Source: a virus
DNA length: 64,000 bases
IMG/VR virus record: IMGVR_UViG_3300032304_000900
Location: 1 to 64,000 of that record
Reading direction: 5' to 3' (one strand)
Below, in pieces: positions 1-8,968 of the stretch (within the stretch, counting starts at the first letter, position 1; the number at the start of each line of letters is the position of its first letter). Under the pieces are notes generated by a model that searched no databases, was not told the origin of the DNA, and worked only from the letters and a program-made list of their open reading frames with translations. The translations under genes and the position numbers were made by a program.

Positions 1-2
1 TT

Positions 3-251
3 TCAAAGCAGGTCGACCTGAATGTCATGCGTTCCTGCCTTCATAGCATTGTCGTAATAGGTTATCCGTTTGGCCATTCCTTTGAGACCACTCATAGCCA
101 TTTGCTCTAGCACCTGCCATACACTGGCACGCTGGCTTACGATAGGCATTTCTGACATTCCATACACATCAGTCACGAAACCTACACCATCGATGATCAC
201 ACGGATCTTCTGTGTATTGTTAAGACCAGCAACAATTCGCTTCATTCTCAT
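3..251 (-). CDS. hypothetical early protein (82 aa)
   Basis: Intact ORF directly downstream of 264..596 on the same strand, with AGGA upstream of the ATG; no recognisable family. Confidence 0.7.
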   Translation of the reverse strand: MRMKRIVAGLNNTQKIRVIIDGVGFVTDVYGMSEMPIVSQRASVWQVLEQMAMSGLKGMAKRITYYDNAMKAGTHDIQVDLL

Positions 252-263
252 ATTATAATCCTG

Positions 264-596
264 TTAAACTTGTTTGAAACCGCAGAAGTCAACAACGAAA
301 GTTTTGTTGTTAAACAACAATTTGTCACCAACAGAAGTAGAACGATGACCGAAAACTTTGCCATTTATCTCAGGCAGTTCAGCGAGAACTTCCGTATCGG
401 CAGAGTAGTCAAAATTTTCTATTTCTTTTCCGTCAGCGAAAATTGTAGATTCACGACTCCAGCTACCATCGATGTTTTGTGTACGAAAGTAAGCATAATT
501 CAGAGCAGCATTTTCATTGCGACTACCGACATTGATTTTTGCTACTTTGATATTGTCATCGCCGAAGGCAGAGTGTATAACAGTTACATAGTTCAT
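264..596 (-). CDS. YodL-like domain protein (110 aa; start revised to MNYVTV at 596)
   Basis: C-terminus GHRSTSVGDKLLFNNKTFVVDFCGFKQV resembles the YodL motif (GHSLSVSDV...YY(C/V)DSxGF). The track's longer start (659) lies inside the promoter, and AAGGAA precedes the ATG at 596. Confidence 0.6.
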   Translation of the reverse strand: MNYVTVIHSAFGDDNIKVAKINVGSRNENAALNYAYFRTQNIDGSWSRESTIFADGKEIENFDYSADTEVLAELPEINGKVFGHRSTSVGDKLLFNNKTFVVDFCGFKQV

Positions 597-626
597 TTCA
601 GTTTCCTTTTTCATCATCATAGAATG

Positions 627-655
627 ATTATACAGGAAAACCGAATAAATGTCAA
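627..655 (-). promoter_or_regulatory. sigma70-type early promoter TTGACA-17-TATAAT
   Basis: Minus strand reads TTGACA(655-650) tttattcggttttcctg TATAAT(632-627): perfect consensus, intergenic, ahead of an ORF with an RBS. Confidence 0.9.
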
Positions 656-668
656 GCAATTTGTTGGG

Positions 669-693
669 ATAACCCTACAGGCTGTAGGGTTAT
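669..693. repeat. perfect 12-bp inverted repeat ATAACCCTACAG-G-CTGTAGGGTTAT (candidate operator)
   Basis: Seen directly; 13 bp upstream of the -35 box; no U-tract after it on the minus strand. Confidence 0.75.
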
Positions 694-697
694 TAAG

Positions 698-838
698 TTA
701 GTGGATACTAACTAAGCAGATGAGGAATACAGCGATGGCAAAGGTCGCCAGCCACCCATAAGGCATTTCTATTTCTTTTCGGTTTGGACAGTGTCTGCCC
801 TGCTGACATAGGTTATCACAACAGTATCGTTTCATCAT
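698..838 (-). CDS. small Cys-rich membrane protein (46 aa, MMKRYCCDNLCQQGRHCPNRK...WLATFAIAVFLICLVSIH)
   Basis: Translated by hand (below the track cut-off). ATGA overlap with the stop of 835..1044; CCxxxCxQGRxCPxR motif plus a C-terminal hydrophobic helix. Confidence 0.7.
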   Translation of the reverse strand: MMKRYCCDNLCQQGRHCPNRKEIEMPYGWLATFAIAVFLICLVSIH

Positions 839-1044
839 CCACCTCTCGCAGCATGTTTCATAACTTTCTGTTCAATTGCTCTGTCAGCCATTACTTTGTT
901 TGCTGCTTTCTTAACAAATTGTTTTGCTGCTTTCTTACCTACCTTTGGCTCAATTTCCTTGCGTACTTTTTTCTTTGCCTTGCGCAGTTCACGTTCTTGT
1001 TTCCAGCGTGTTAATGGATCAATGTATACAGGTGTGTCGCTCAT
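835..1044 (-). CDS. hypothetical basic protein (69 aa)
   Basis: Coupled by 4-nt overlaps to neighbours on both sides; Lys/Arg-rich. Confidence 0.7.
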   Translation of the reverse strand: MSDTPVYIDPLTRWKQERELRKAKKKVRKEIEPKVGKKAAKQFVKKAANKVMADRAIEQKVMKHAARGG

Positions 1045-1664
1045 AGTTTCAGCTCCGTTAGTGATTTATTAGCACCGAGTGTGCCACGAACAAATGTGTT
1101 AAATGCCAAACTGACTCTTGTATTATTATGTGAATCGCCTTTTATCTCAACCATGTGTGTTAGCCATGATGGAAACAAAACTAGCATCCCAGGACGAGAT
1201 GTAAAATTCCATGTCTCTGTGTTAAAATGATTTGTTTCTTTGTGTGCAAATTTGATTGTTCTGTAAACATCGTTGATAAACACTATCTTATCAATCTTCT
1301 CGTCTGCATTTATGTATACAACACCAGACAAATAACTGTTACTATGCGTATGTCTATGGTGATATTCACCTTTCCTAGTCCAGTTCATCCATGATTGTGT
1401 AACATATATTTCCACATCATCAGATTCTGGAATAATAATATTATCAACATACTGTTTTAGCACAACATCAATTTCTGCCTTCAAGCCAGCCATCTCTGGT
1501 TCATTCAAAACATAATTGTTCTTGCTCATGCTGTTGCCAATGTTACGCATTTGTTTGCTGTTTTGTTTAGCAAAAAATTGTTTTTCTTCTGCAGTCCAGT
1601 CTCTTTCAAGTTGAGATAAAACAACTGGTACAGGAAAAATTGGTTGTATTACTGGTTCAATCAT
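1041..1664 (-). CDS. 2OG-Fe(II) oxygenase (TIGR02466-like family)
   Basis: IFPVPV start, YVTQSWMN, HxH (HTHSNSYLSGVVY), LFPSWLTH and RVSLAFN motifs are typical of this family. Confidence 0.85.
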   Translation of the reverse strand: MIEPVIQPIFPVPVVLSQLERDWTAEEKQFFAKQNSKQMRNIGNSMSKNNYVLNEPEMAGLKAEIDVVLKQYVDNIIIPESDDVEIYVTQSWMNWTRKGEYHHRHTHSNSYLSGVVYINADEKIDKIVFINDVYRTIKFAHKETNHFNTETWNFTSRPGMLVLFPSWLTHMVEIKGDSHNNTRVSLAFNTFVRGTLGANKSLTELKL

Positions 1665-1798
1665 AACATACCTCTGTAGTATTTGTATAGTTTTACCTGA
1701 TGGGCAAATATGCGTGGATAATGTTCAAAATTTGCCAGCGCATCACCATAGTATTCTTCAAGTTGTTTATAAAAATCTAAGATCTCTTGTTCTGTCAT
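1661..1798 (-). CDS. hypothetical protein (45 aa; start revised to MTEQEIL)
   Basis: The revised start removes the overlap with 1809..2147; the stop overlaps the next ATG. Confidence 0.55.
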   Translation of the reverse strand: MTEQEILDFYKQLEEYYGDALANFEHYPRIFAHQVKLYKYYRGML

Positions 1799-1808
1799 AC
1801 TATCAGAT

Positions 1809-2147
1809 CTATCTTTTGTTCGGTTTTGGTAGTTGTGGTAGTGATTTCCAATGTTCAATCCAATGAGAATGCTCATCGATACGCTTTTCGTTCTCCATCT
1901 CTCTCATACGAATCTCATTTAGATCTCGACGATAATCACCGAGCTTTTCGTTCATCTTATCGATCTTTTGCTCAATATAAAGAGTTCGCTGATCCATTAA
2001 ATCAATACGACTCTTGAAGTATTCGATGTCGTTTCCACGACTGACAAGAAATGCGATCAGTATCAATACGAGAAAGACAAGCGCAAGTAGAGTCGTAAGA
2101 ATTACCTGACTTTTTTCAGAGGGATTTAGATCTTTCCAGAGATTCAT
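1809..2147 (-). CDS. single-pass membrane protein with coiled coil (112 aa)
   Basis: Hydrophobic stretch VILTTLLALVFLVLILIAFLV followed by a heptad-like charged helix. Confidence 0.7.
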   Translation of the reverse strand: MNLWKDLNPSEKSQVILTTLLALVFLVLILIAFLVSRGNDIEYFKSRIDLMDQRTLYIEQKIDKMNEKLGDYRRDLNEIRMREMENEKRIDEHSHWIEHWKSLPQLPKPNKR

Positions 2148-2163
2148 AATTCTGCTTGTTCTG

Positions 2164-3876
2164 TCATACTATTACTGAGAAATCATTTTGTTTTTCAAAT
2201 TTAATTACATTACGGAATTTATCAAAAAGTTGATCGCCTTTGTGTGAGATAACAAATACATTAGTTTTGTCATCAAATGTGTTCATCAAAGTCAAGAAAT
2301 AATCTGTGCCTGCTACGTCAAGAGAACTATCAAAGATCTCATCAAGAATCAACAGATTAGTATTAACAGAGTTCTTCATCTTAGCAATTTGTCGCCATGT
2401 GAATAGAATAGCCAAATCAATACGCATCTTCTCACCCTCAGAGAACGATTCATACGTAAACTCATCACGATATCTTGCTTTTATTTTTTCAGTAAATGTC
2501 TCGTCAAGTTCAAAATGGACATAAAAATCCATAGCAGAAAGATACTTGTTGATTAGTTTGTTCATCACTGGTAGATATTCACGGATAATGGTTGTTTTAA
2601 TTCCCGTGTCACGCAGCAGACTAGATGCTAGTTCTTGATACTGTCTTTGTTCAGACAATTCAGTCTTTCTATTCACATATGAAACTGCTTCTTCAGCCAT
2701 AGTTTTGAGTTTGGCTTTCTCCTCATCCACATTGGTTGTATCACTTTTAGTTTTATCAATTTCTTCCTGTAGTTCTCTATTGAGTTTGTTCAACATGGTA
2801 ACAGTTTGATTGGCTGTAGAAACTTCGATATTTTTATCAGTAATTAAATTCTGTATTTCATTGATCTTTTCTAGTCTTTCCTCTAGTTTCCCTAGTGCTG
2901 CTGTAAGATCGTCAATATGTCTCTGATTTTCCTCAAAATCTCTCTGAATTTGATCAATTATTCGCGATTTATGCTCATGTGGGATCCCTTGTTCACACTG
3001 AGGGCAAGTCTCGTTGTCTTTAAAAAAATCTATTGTGGTGGTGAGATCTGCAATCTTACTGCTTTTCTTATTGGTAAGGGTTTTCGCTTTCTCGATCTGC
3101 GATAATACATCCGTCCTGTCTTCGATGCTCTGTTTAAGTTGACCAATGTCTGTAACGAGAACATCAATAGTCTGGTTCGTGGTTTGGATAGATAAATCAT
3201 TATCCTCAATCTTTTTCTGGACTGCTGCCACAGCATCTTTTCTGTTATCGAGCAAGATCTTAATGGTCTTTTGTTGATTATCAACCCTCTCACGTGCCAT
3301 TGTGAGCGCAGATTCAGTTGCGGTAATTTCATCTTTTGTCTCCTGCATTCTTTCTTTTAATACATTGTTCATCACACTAAACACACGTATGTCTAGAATA
3401 TCTTCAATCACTTCTCTACGTTGAGCAGATGGCAACTGCATGAATGGAACAAAAGATGCGCTGCCAAGAATGACAACCTGCGTAAATGTTTTATAGTTAA
3501 TCTTAAGGATTTGTTGTTCTAAAATTTTCTGATAGTCACGTGATGCTGCTTCCTGATTAAGCAGTGTTCCATCACACCAAATTTCAAATACATTTGGTTT
3601 AATGCCACGAACAATTTTATACTCTTTACCTGATACTGAAAACTCAACAGTTGTTACACAGTTCTTTTGATTGATGCTGTTGATCAACTGTGGTTTGTTA
3701 ATATTTCTAAATGGTTTACCAAACAATGAAAAGCACAATGCATCTAAGATTGTGCTTTTACCTTCACCATTTTTACCAACAATAAGAGTTGTTGGAGATT
3801 TGTTTAGTAGTACTTTGTTCGGTGAGTTTCCTGTGGATAAAAAGTTTTTCCACTCAACTGACTTAAATTTTATCAA
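2164..3876 (-). CDS. gp46: recombination endonuclease ATPase subunit (T4 gp46, Rad50/SbcC-like)
   Basis: Walker A GKNGEGKST, CPQC zinc hook, FSEGEK signature, Walker B LILDE, ISHK. Confidence 0.97.
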   Translation of the reverse strand: MIKFKSVEWKNFLSTGNSPNKVLLNKSPTTLIVGKNGEGKSTILDALCFSLFGKPFRNINKPQLINSINQKNCVTTVEFSVSGKEYKIVRGIKPNVFEIWCDGTLLNQEAASRDYQKILEQQILKINYKTFTQVVILGSASFVPFMQLPSAQRREVIEDILDIRVFSVMNNVLKERMQETKDEITATESALTMARERVDNQQKTIKILLDNRKDAVAAVQKKIEDNDLSIQTTNQTIDVLVTDIGQLKQSIEDRTDVLSQIEKAKTLTNKKSSKIADLTTTIDFFKDNETCPQCEQGIPHEHKSRIIDQIQRDFEENQRHIDDLTAALGKLEERLEKINEIQNLITDKNIEVSTANQTVTMLNKLNRELQEEIDKTKSDTTNVDEEKAKLKTMAEEAVSYVNRKTELSEQRQYQELASSLLRDTGIKTTIIREYLPVMNKLINKYLSAMDFYVHFELDETFTEKIKARYRDEFTYESFSEGEKMRIDLAILFTWRQIAKMKNSVNTNLLILDEIFDSSLDVAGTDYFLTLMNTFDDKTNVFVISHKGDQLFDKFRNVIKFEKQNDFSVIV

Positions 3877-4946
3877 GCAACCTCCATGTTTACTGCTTCA
3901 GTATACAGTGCTTTCATATATTGTTTAATGCGTTCTTTGTCAGCATCTGTTTGTATTGAATCAATATAATTATCCAAAACAGACATAGTGTCTTCCAGAT
4001 TAATGTCGCCATCGATTGTTCCTTCTTCATATTCCGAAAAGTTTTCAATGATTTTAATTTCAGCGCACCCTTTAGTATATAATTTGGCAGTAAATTTGTC
4101 AAATTTATATAAGTCTGTTTTGTTGACTACCACAAGTTTAACAAAACAATCTTTTAAATCCATTGAATCTAGATCAATTGTTTTCCCTGTCTCGGAATTG
4201 TCATCATATTCGATTCTAACAAACATACTATAAGGATTGACGATAAATTCGAGTTGTCTGTCGTGTACGCTAAACAAATGAAATCCTCTGGGATCTCTGT
4301 AATCCTGCCAAGTGAGTTCATATGGGTTTCCGAGGTAGTAAATCTGCCCATCATTACTGCGGTGATGATAATGCCCACTAAAAACCAAATCAAACTTTTC
4401 GAATGTTTTCTTATCCATTCCTTCATGACTTTCCATTCCCTTATACATGGCAAATCCAGATATTTCTAAATGACCCATACAAAGAGTAGCTGATGTGTTT
4501 GTTATTTCTTGAATAGTTTGCGCATAGTTTTCAGCACAAATCCAAGGCAACATCAAAACATCACAAGATGGATTCTCGTAATCTAGATGAATTGTTTGTG
4601 GATTGCTAATTATTGTTATGTTATCATATTCTTGAAGTAACAATTCTGGTGAGTTTACATCGTTGGTGTTTTTATAATATGTGTCATGATTACCAGCGAT
4701 CATAATAACATTGATATTTCGTTCTGCTAGTCTATCAAAAAACATTTCTTTAGCACGTTTCAATGCATAAAAATTTACATACTTTCTTCTATCAAATGTG
4801 TCGCCAAGAATTAGAACAGTTTTAATCTTATGATCATCAATCGTTGGGAAAAAAACATTATCATAAAATTTTTGAAAAAAATCTAAAAAAACTATGCTGT
4901 CGTTTCTTGCGCCAAAATGTTGGTCAGTAATAATAGCTACTTTCAT
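3873..4946 (-). CDS. gp47: recombination endonuclease nuclease subunit (T4 gp47, Mre11/SbcD-like)
   Basis: Metallophosphoesterase motifs TDQHFG, LGDTFD, GNHD, SGHYH; adjacent to gp46. Confidence 0.97.
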   Translation of the reverse strand: MKVAIITDQHFGARNDSIVFLDFFQKFYDNVFFPTIDDHKIKTVLILGDTFDRRKYVNFYALKRAKEMFFDRLAERNINVIMIAGNHDTYYKNTNDVNSPELLLQEYDNITIISNPQTIHLDYENPSCDVLMLPWICAENYAQTIQEITNTSATLCMGHLEISGFAMYKGMESHEGMDKKTFEKFDLVFSGHYHHRSNDGQIYYLGNPYELTWQDYRDPRGFHLFSVHDRQLEFIVNPYSMFVRIEYDDNSETGKTIDLDSMDLKDCFVKLVVVNKTDLYKFDKFTAKLYTKGCAEIKIIENFSEYEEGTIDGDINLEDTMSVLDNYIDSIQTDADKERIKQYMKALYTEAVNMEVA

Positions 4947-5140
4947 AACAAATCTAACTCCGCATCAGGATATCCTTTTGGTTTTTTTATCTCAGTCATC
5001 TCAACAAACCTATCTCCTAATTTTGACATAAAGTCATAAGCATCTTTTTGTTCTTCAAACATCTTATATAACATGCTCTGTTCAGAAGTGGAAATTGTGC
5101 TGTAATATTTTACCATCCATTTTTGTTTTTCAATTTCCAT
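4943..5140 (-). CDS. hypothetical protein (65 aa; start revised to MEIEKQK)
   Basis: Fills the gap between gp55 and gp47 with short overlaps. Confidence 0.55.
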   Translation of the reverse strand: MEIEKQKWMVKYYSTISTSEQSMLYKMFEEQKDAYDFMSKLGDRFVEMTEIKKPKGYPDAELDLL

Positions 5141-5693
5141 TGTTCTCGTCTTCCATAAAACTCTCAAGATTATTTTTTGTTTTTTTCTTTGCTGGTTTCT
5201 TTTTCGGCATATTAAATTCAGAATCATTGTTGCTGCGCAAATATTCCATCATTTGATTTGTCCACTCACCATCTTCATCTTGTTCTTGCAAATCAAACAA
5301 CTCAAATGGCATCTCAAGAATCATTTTGTTTTTAACATATGTTTGTTTCTTTTCTTTTTGGATTTTTCGTATGAAAGCATAATAAATGATTTGTGTAAAA
5401 TATGCAAAAGGATTACTAGATTTCGTTGGATCAAAATTGTCAATGTACTGAAGACAGTTCTCAACTCCGTCAAGAATCATGTCTTCTCTGTAAGTATAAT
5501 TGATAAAATTGGATTTATAAGACAGATGTGTTGCTATCTTCATCAAGCATTCCCCAATATATTCAGGAACACGAGGTTTATCATCACCAGATGCTTCAGC
5601 ATCCAGTACACTCTGTTTATATTTTTTGATTGCTGCTAAGAAATCAGCATTATTGACATAATGTGCTTTTTCTTTTGTTGTTGTATCGTTCAT
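5130..5693 (-). CDS. gp55: late-transcription sigma factor (T4 gp55)
   Basis: HYVNNADF...IGECLMKIATHLS...NFINYTYREDMI.DG.ENC...SNPFAYFTQI.YYAF.R.IQKEKKQ; canonical position before gp47. Confidence 0.96.
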   Translation of the reverse strand: MNDTTTKEKAHYVNNADFLAAIKKYKQSVLDAEASGDDKPRVPEYIGECLMKIATHLSYKSNFINYTYREDMILDGVENCLQYIDNFDPTKSSNPFAYFTQIIYYAFIRKIQKEKKQTYVKNKMILEMPFELFDLQEQDEDGEWTNQMMEYLRSNNDSEFNMPKKKPAKKKTKNNLESFMEDENNGN

Positions 5694-5723
5694 TGTCGCC
5701 CCACTTAATATAATACTAAAAAC

Positions 5724-5752
5724 ATTATACTACATAATCAATAATTTGTCAA
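5724..5752 (-). promoter_or_regulatory. sigma70-type promoter driving gp55-gp47-gp46
   Basis: TTGACA(5752-5747) aattattgattatgtag TATAAT(5729-5724), 17-bp spacer, intergenic. Confidence 0.9.
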
Positions 5753-5758
5753 ATATAT

Positions 5759-6211
5759 TTAATGTAATGTCTTGTTTGAATCAACCTTTACTTGACCTTC
5801 TGTTTCTTCTTGTATTTCTTCCATCTTTTTCATCAATTGTTCCATCTTTTCATCTACAATGTCACTTATTTCTAAGAAATTTTCTGGTTTAACTAATTCT
5901 TCAAGATCATAACTTTTTAATGCTTCTGGTTCCTCTTGTTTATTCAGCATGTCAACATAGTAAGGAACAGCATCCTTGTTCATTGGTTTGATGAATGTTA
6001 GATCTTTCTTCAAAAAGGTAAATTGTTTGTCATCAGTAAATGGACAAAATGAGGAAGTCGAGTGAACTTCTCTCATAACATTTTTTGCTACTTGAAATGT
6101 TTGTTTAGATATGAGTAATGGAAACAAAACTGTGATGTCTTTTTCAGTTTCTTGTTTAACAATGCATAAGAAACTTTCTCCTGTTGTCATACGCATAACT
6201 CTAAAATCCAT
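5759..6211 (-). CDS. conserved hypothetical protein downstream of UvsW (possible Sm/SH3-like fold)
   Basis: N-terminus (VMRMTTGESFLCIV...) and position between uvsW and gp55 resemble cyanophage-type T4-likes. Confidence 0.6.
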   Translation of the reverse strand: MDFRVMRMTTGESFLCIVKQETEKDITVLFPLLISKQTFQVAKNVMREVHSTSSFCPFTDDKQFTFLKKDLTFIKPMNKDAVPYYVDMLNKQEEPEALKSYDLEELVKPENFLEISDIVDEKMEQLMKKMEEIQEETEGQVKVDSNKTLH

Positions 6212-7701
6212 TATAGTTCTACTTCGTTTATTTTAACTGAAAACTGTTCTTCAGCATACAATTTTACTCTCTCCATAAAATGATTTAGTGTATGATTTTT
6301 CCAAGATTTGTAAGATAAATCATCAGCAATATCATAGAGATTGCAAGTATCTTTACCTTCTTTCAATCGCAGTCCACGACCAATTGATTGAAGATTTCTA
6401 ATTCTTGATTTGCTTGGTGATGCAAAAACGATGTTCTCAATTGAGGGTATATTGATGCCTGTTGAGAATGTTCCGTATGATGCGAGAATCAACATGTCAT
6501 CACGTTGTTCTGCCATATGTCTGATGCGTTCTCTTTCAGCAACATCGATATCTCCGTGAACAATGGCCACGTTCTTTTCTGTGATATTACCAAACAAATC
6601 ATGTAATACTTTTCCATGTTTCTCAACATATTGAAACAGGATTAGAGTATTTCCAGTTAAAGTTTGGGCAAGATTCTTAATGAAGCGATTACGCTTCTGG
6701 TAAGAGACTAGAAAATCCATCTCTTCTTGGTATAAATTATTCTTGCGCTTCTTTCTGGTTTCCTCATCGTATTTCAGTAGAACACATTTTATATTTAGTT
6801 TTGCTACTCTTTGTGTTTCCATCAACTTTTTGGTGGTAGTAACTTTATAGACTGGACCAAATAATCCCTCAAGAACAAGACGATGCACTTGTTTGTTATC
6901 AAGAGTGCCTGTTGTTCCTATACGATATGGAATGCCAGTCATTTTTTCCATAACTGTTGCTAGAGATTTTGCTTTGAATTGATGTGCCTCATCACCAAAC
7001 ACAACCTGAAATTTGTCAAACCATCCCTTTGGTTGTTTGTAAATAGATTGCCATGTTGTAATCAACACATCTGAGGAAATATCTTTAGTGAAACCACTGT
7101 ATAATTTTTGACAGTGTCTGTCAACACGCCAACCATTCACATGCGAATAGTCAACAAAGTCAGTGTACATCTGTTCAACTAAAGATGTTGTTGGTACGAT
7201 AAGAATGCATTTCTTACCTTCAGTAACATAATGACGCATCAGTGTGTATATAATTAGTGACTTACCTGATGCAGTAGGAGAGAGTAGTAGTTGCCTATTA
7301 TTATTTAAACAGTTGCGAATAGCATCTATTTGATAATCTCGAATTTCAATCGGTTCCCCTCTAGCAGTGAGATTGAGAGCATGGGCATATTCTGATACTT
7401 GTTCATATGTATATTCGACAGTAGGCACAGGTCGATAATGTTCTGCTGCCAACTCGTGATATTTGTATCCATTTCTGTCCGCAAACTCTTTAACATAGTA
7501 TTTGAGTCCAGCATACAGTGTTTTTCTTTGTAAATCGTAGAGTCTAATTTTACCATCCCACATCCTCGCTTTATATGCTGGCATGAATTTAGCACCAGGA
7601 ACCTCAAATGTAAAAAAATTACTCAGTTCATGCTCAATGTTTATATCCGAAAACACACGGATATTCACATTATCAAAATTTTCAACTACTATTTTATCCA
7701 T
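6211..7701 (-). CDS. uvsW: UvsW SF2 RNA-DNA/DNA-DNA helicase (start likely MDKIVV at 7701)
   Basis: IRDYQ, SPTASGKS, GDEAH, GTTGT, FSTGINIP, QSIGRGLR motifs. Confidence 0.96.
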   Translation of the reverse strand: MDKIVVENFDNVNIRVFSDINIEHELSNFFTFEVPGAKFMPAYKARMWDGKIRLYDLQRKTLYAGLKYYVKEFADRNGYKYHELAAEHYRPVPTVEYTYEQVSEYAHALNLTARGEPIEIRDYQIDAIRNCLNNNRQLLLSPTASGKSLIIYTLMRHYVTEGKKCILIVPTTSLVEQMYTDFVDYSHVNGWRVDRHCQKLYSGFTKDISSDVLITTWQSIYKQPKGWFDKFQVVFGDEAHQFKAKSLATVMEKMTGIPYRIGTTGTLDNKQVHRLVLEGLFGPVYKVTTTKKLMETQRVAKLNIKCVLLKYDEETRKKRKNNLYQEEMDFLVSYQKRNRFIKNLAQTLTGNTLILFQYVEKHGKVLHDLFGNITEKNVAIVHGDIDVAERERIRHMAEQRDDMLILASYGTFSTGINIPSIENIVFASPSKSRIRNLQSIGRGLRLKEGKDTCNLYDIADDLSYKSWKNHTLNHFMERVKLYAEEQFSVKINEVEL

Positions 7702-8138
7702 TACATTCCGACTAGAAATTGTTTCCACTGAATTCCATTTTTAATTTGAAAGTCACGTGAACGAATCTGACTCAAAACAGATTCTAAGAAGTATACGATT
7801 GTGTTTAGATATTCAACTTTTTGTTCCATTTGAACTAAGTTTGTATCACCTTGTAGAAATTCATCCATCTCATTTTTAAGTGGCTTGACACCCTGCCATT
7901 GTATCCATCCAAGATCTTCTAATTCTTGACGTGTTAGTTCGCCACGATAGTATCTAAATTTGTTTTTTCGTAGGAGATTATATTCGCCTTTGATTTTGGC
8001 AAGTTTTAGTTTATAAGATACCAAATGATTGATATATTTTGAGTGTAGATTGGGTGTATCTGTTGATGCTTCACCCAAATGATTGTCATCAATTTTACAA
8101 TCGTTCTCCCACATTAACATTAACTGCTCAAGATTCAT
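7701..8138 (-). CDS. uvsY: UvsY recombination mediator
   Basis: WENDCKID...PNLHSKY...YYRG...RDFQIKNGIQWKQFLVG; position before uvsW. Confidence 0.92.
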   Translation of the reverse strand: MNLEQLMLMWENDCKIDDNHLGEASTDTPNLHSKYINHLVSYKLKLAKIKGEYNLLRKNKFRYYRGELTRQELEDLGWIQWQGVKPLKNEMDEFLQGDTNLVQMEQKVEYLNTIVYFLESVLSQIRSRDFQIKNGIQWKQFLVGM

Positions 8139-8158
8139 AACAACTCCAAAAATAAAAT

Positions 8159-8710
8159 TTAATTTTCGAATATGTAGTAATTATACCTGAAAGTTGCATT
8201 TCCTATCAAATAATTCACATCTGAATCAACAGCTGTGAATGTCAAACTTTCTAAAGATGTTGGAAACATATTCTTGAATGTAACTATTTTACTCTCAGTA
8301 TTATTATTTGTCAAGATAAAAAGAGAGGCATCCGAAGTATTCTTAACGTATTCGGATCCACTTGATGCAGCTACCTGATCTTGTGCCAAAAAATTGGTAT
8401 ACTGTTGATTATCAACAGGAAACCCCAAACCAACCAACCATCCATTTATTGCTTTATAATTTTCTAATGTCTCATCGACCAAAAATTGAATACTCAAATC
8501 TCCATACGCAAGTTTATCTCCTGGAATTGGGATCGTTGAGTATGGTGTACTAAACTCTGGTTCACCTAATGTAATGCTAGGAAGATTAACAGTTTGACAA
8601 TAGAATTGCATTTTTGGCAATTTAGTAATGATGAATCTAAACCCTGTTGGAGCAAGAGGGTTCATATTTGTTGGTATTTTAGTTGCCCATTGTGCTGGTA
8701 TGTTTGCCAT
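8159..8710 (-). CDS. gp3: tail completion / tube terminator (T4 gp3)
   Basis: NPLAPTGFRF...FYCQTVNLP...PGDKL.YGDL.I.FLVDE.LENY...SDASL.IL...FPTSL. Confidence 0.9.
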   Translation of the reverse strand: MANIPAQWATKIPTNMNPLAPTGFRFIITKLPKMQFYCQTVNLPSITLGEPEFSTPYSTIPIPGDKLAYGDLSIQFLVDETLENYKAINGWLVGLGFPVDNQQYTNFLAQDQVAASSGSEYVKNTSDASLFILTNNNTESKIVTFKNMFPTSLESLTFTAVDSDVNYLIGNATFRYNYYIFEN

Positions 8711-8925
8711 TATTTCTCTCTTAAATATTTTTCCATGTCAAAAAGTTTTTCCTTTTCAATCATGTCTATAATTCTAGTTGTTAAATTTATTTCTGCCTGT
8801 ATCCAGTTCATTCTTACTTGTAACTCTTTGAGTTGTTCGCAGTAATACTGTAGCTCCTTCTCTTTTCTAGCACGAGATTCGAGAAGTTCTGAGAGGACAA
8901 TAACTTTAACATTCTTATCTTGCAT
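8710..8925 (-). CDS. hypothetical coiled-coil protein (71 aa)
   Basis: Sits behind a late TATA box and is coupled (TAATG) to gp3. Confidence 0.7.
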   Translation of the reverse strand: MQDKNVKVIVLSELLESRARKEKELQYYCEQLKELQVRMNWIQAEINLTTRIIDMIEKEKLFDMEKYLREK

Positions 8926-8930
8926 GCATA

Positions 8931-8938
8931 TATTTATT
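8931..8938 (-). promoter_or_regulatory. late promoter AATAAATA
   Basis: Variant of the T4 late box TATAAATA, directly after the gp23 terminator. Confidence 0.7.
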
Positions 8939-8942
8939 CAAC

Positions 8943-8968
8943 AAAAAAGGGGAGCCGAAGCTCCCCTT
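8943..8968 (-). terminator. Rho-independent terminator after gp23 with C(UUCG)G loop
   Basis: Minus strand reads AAGGGGAGC-TTCG-GCTCCCC-TTTTTT. Confidence 0.95.

Noticed and set aside
597-659. N-terminal extension of the 264..659 ORF
   Set aside because: It starts upstream of the -35 box and spans the promoter; the RBS supports the ATG at 596.
1809-2147. i-spanin call
   Set aside because: Topology fits, but there is no adjacent lipoprotein o-spanin and no lysis-gene context.
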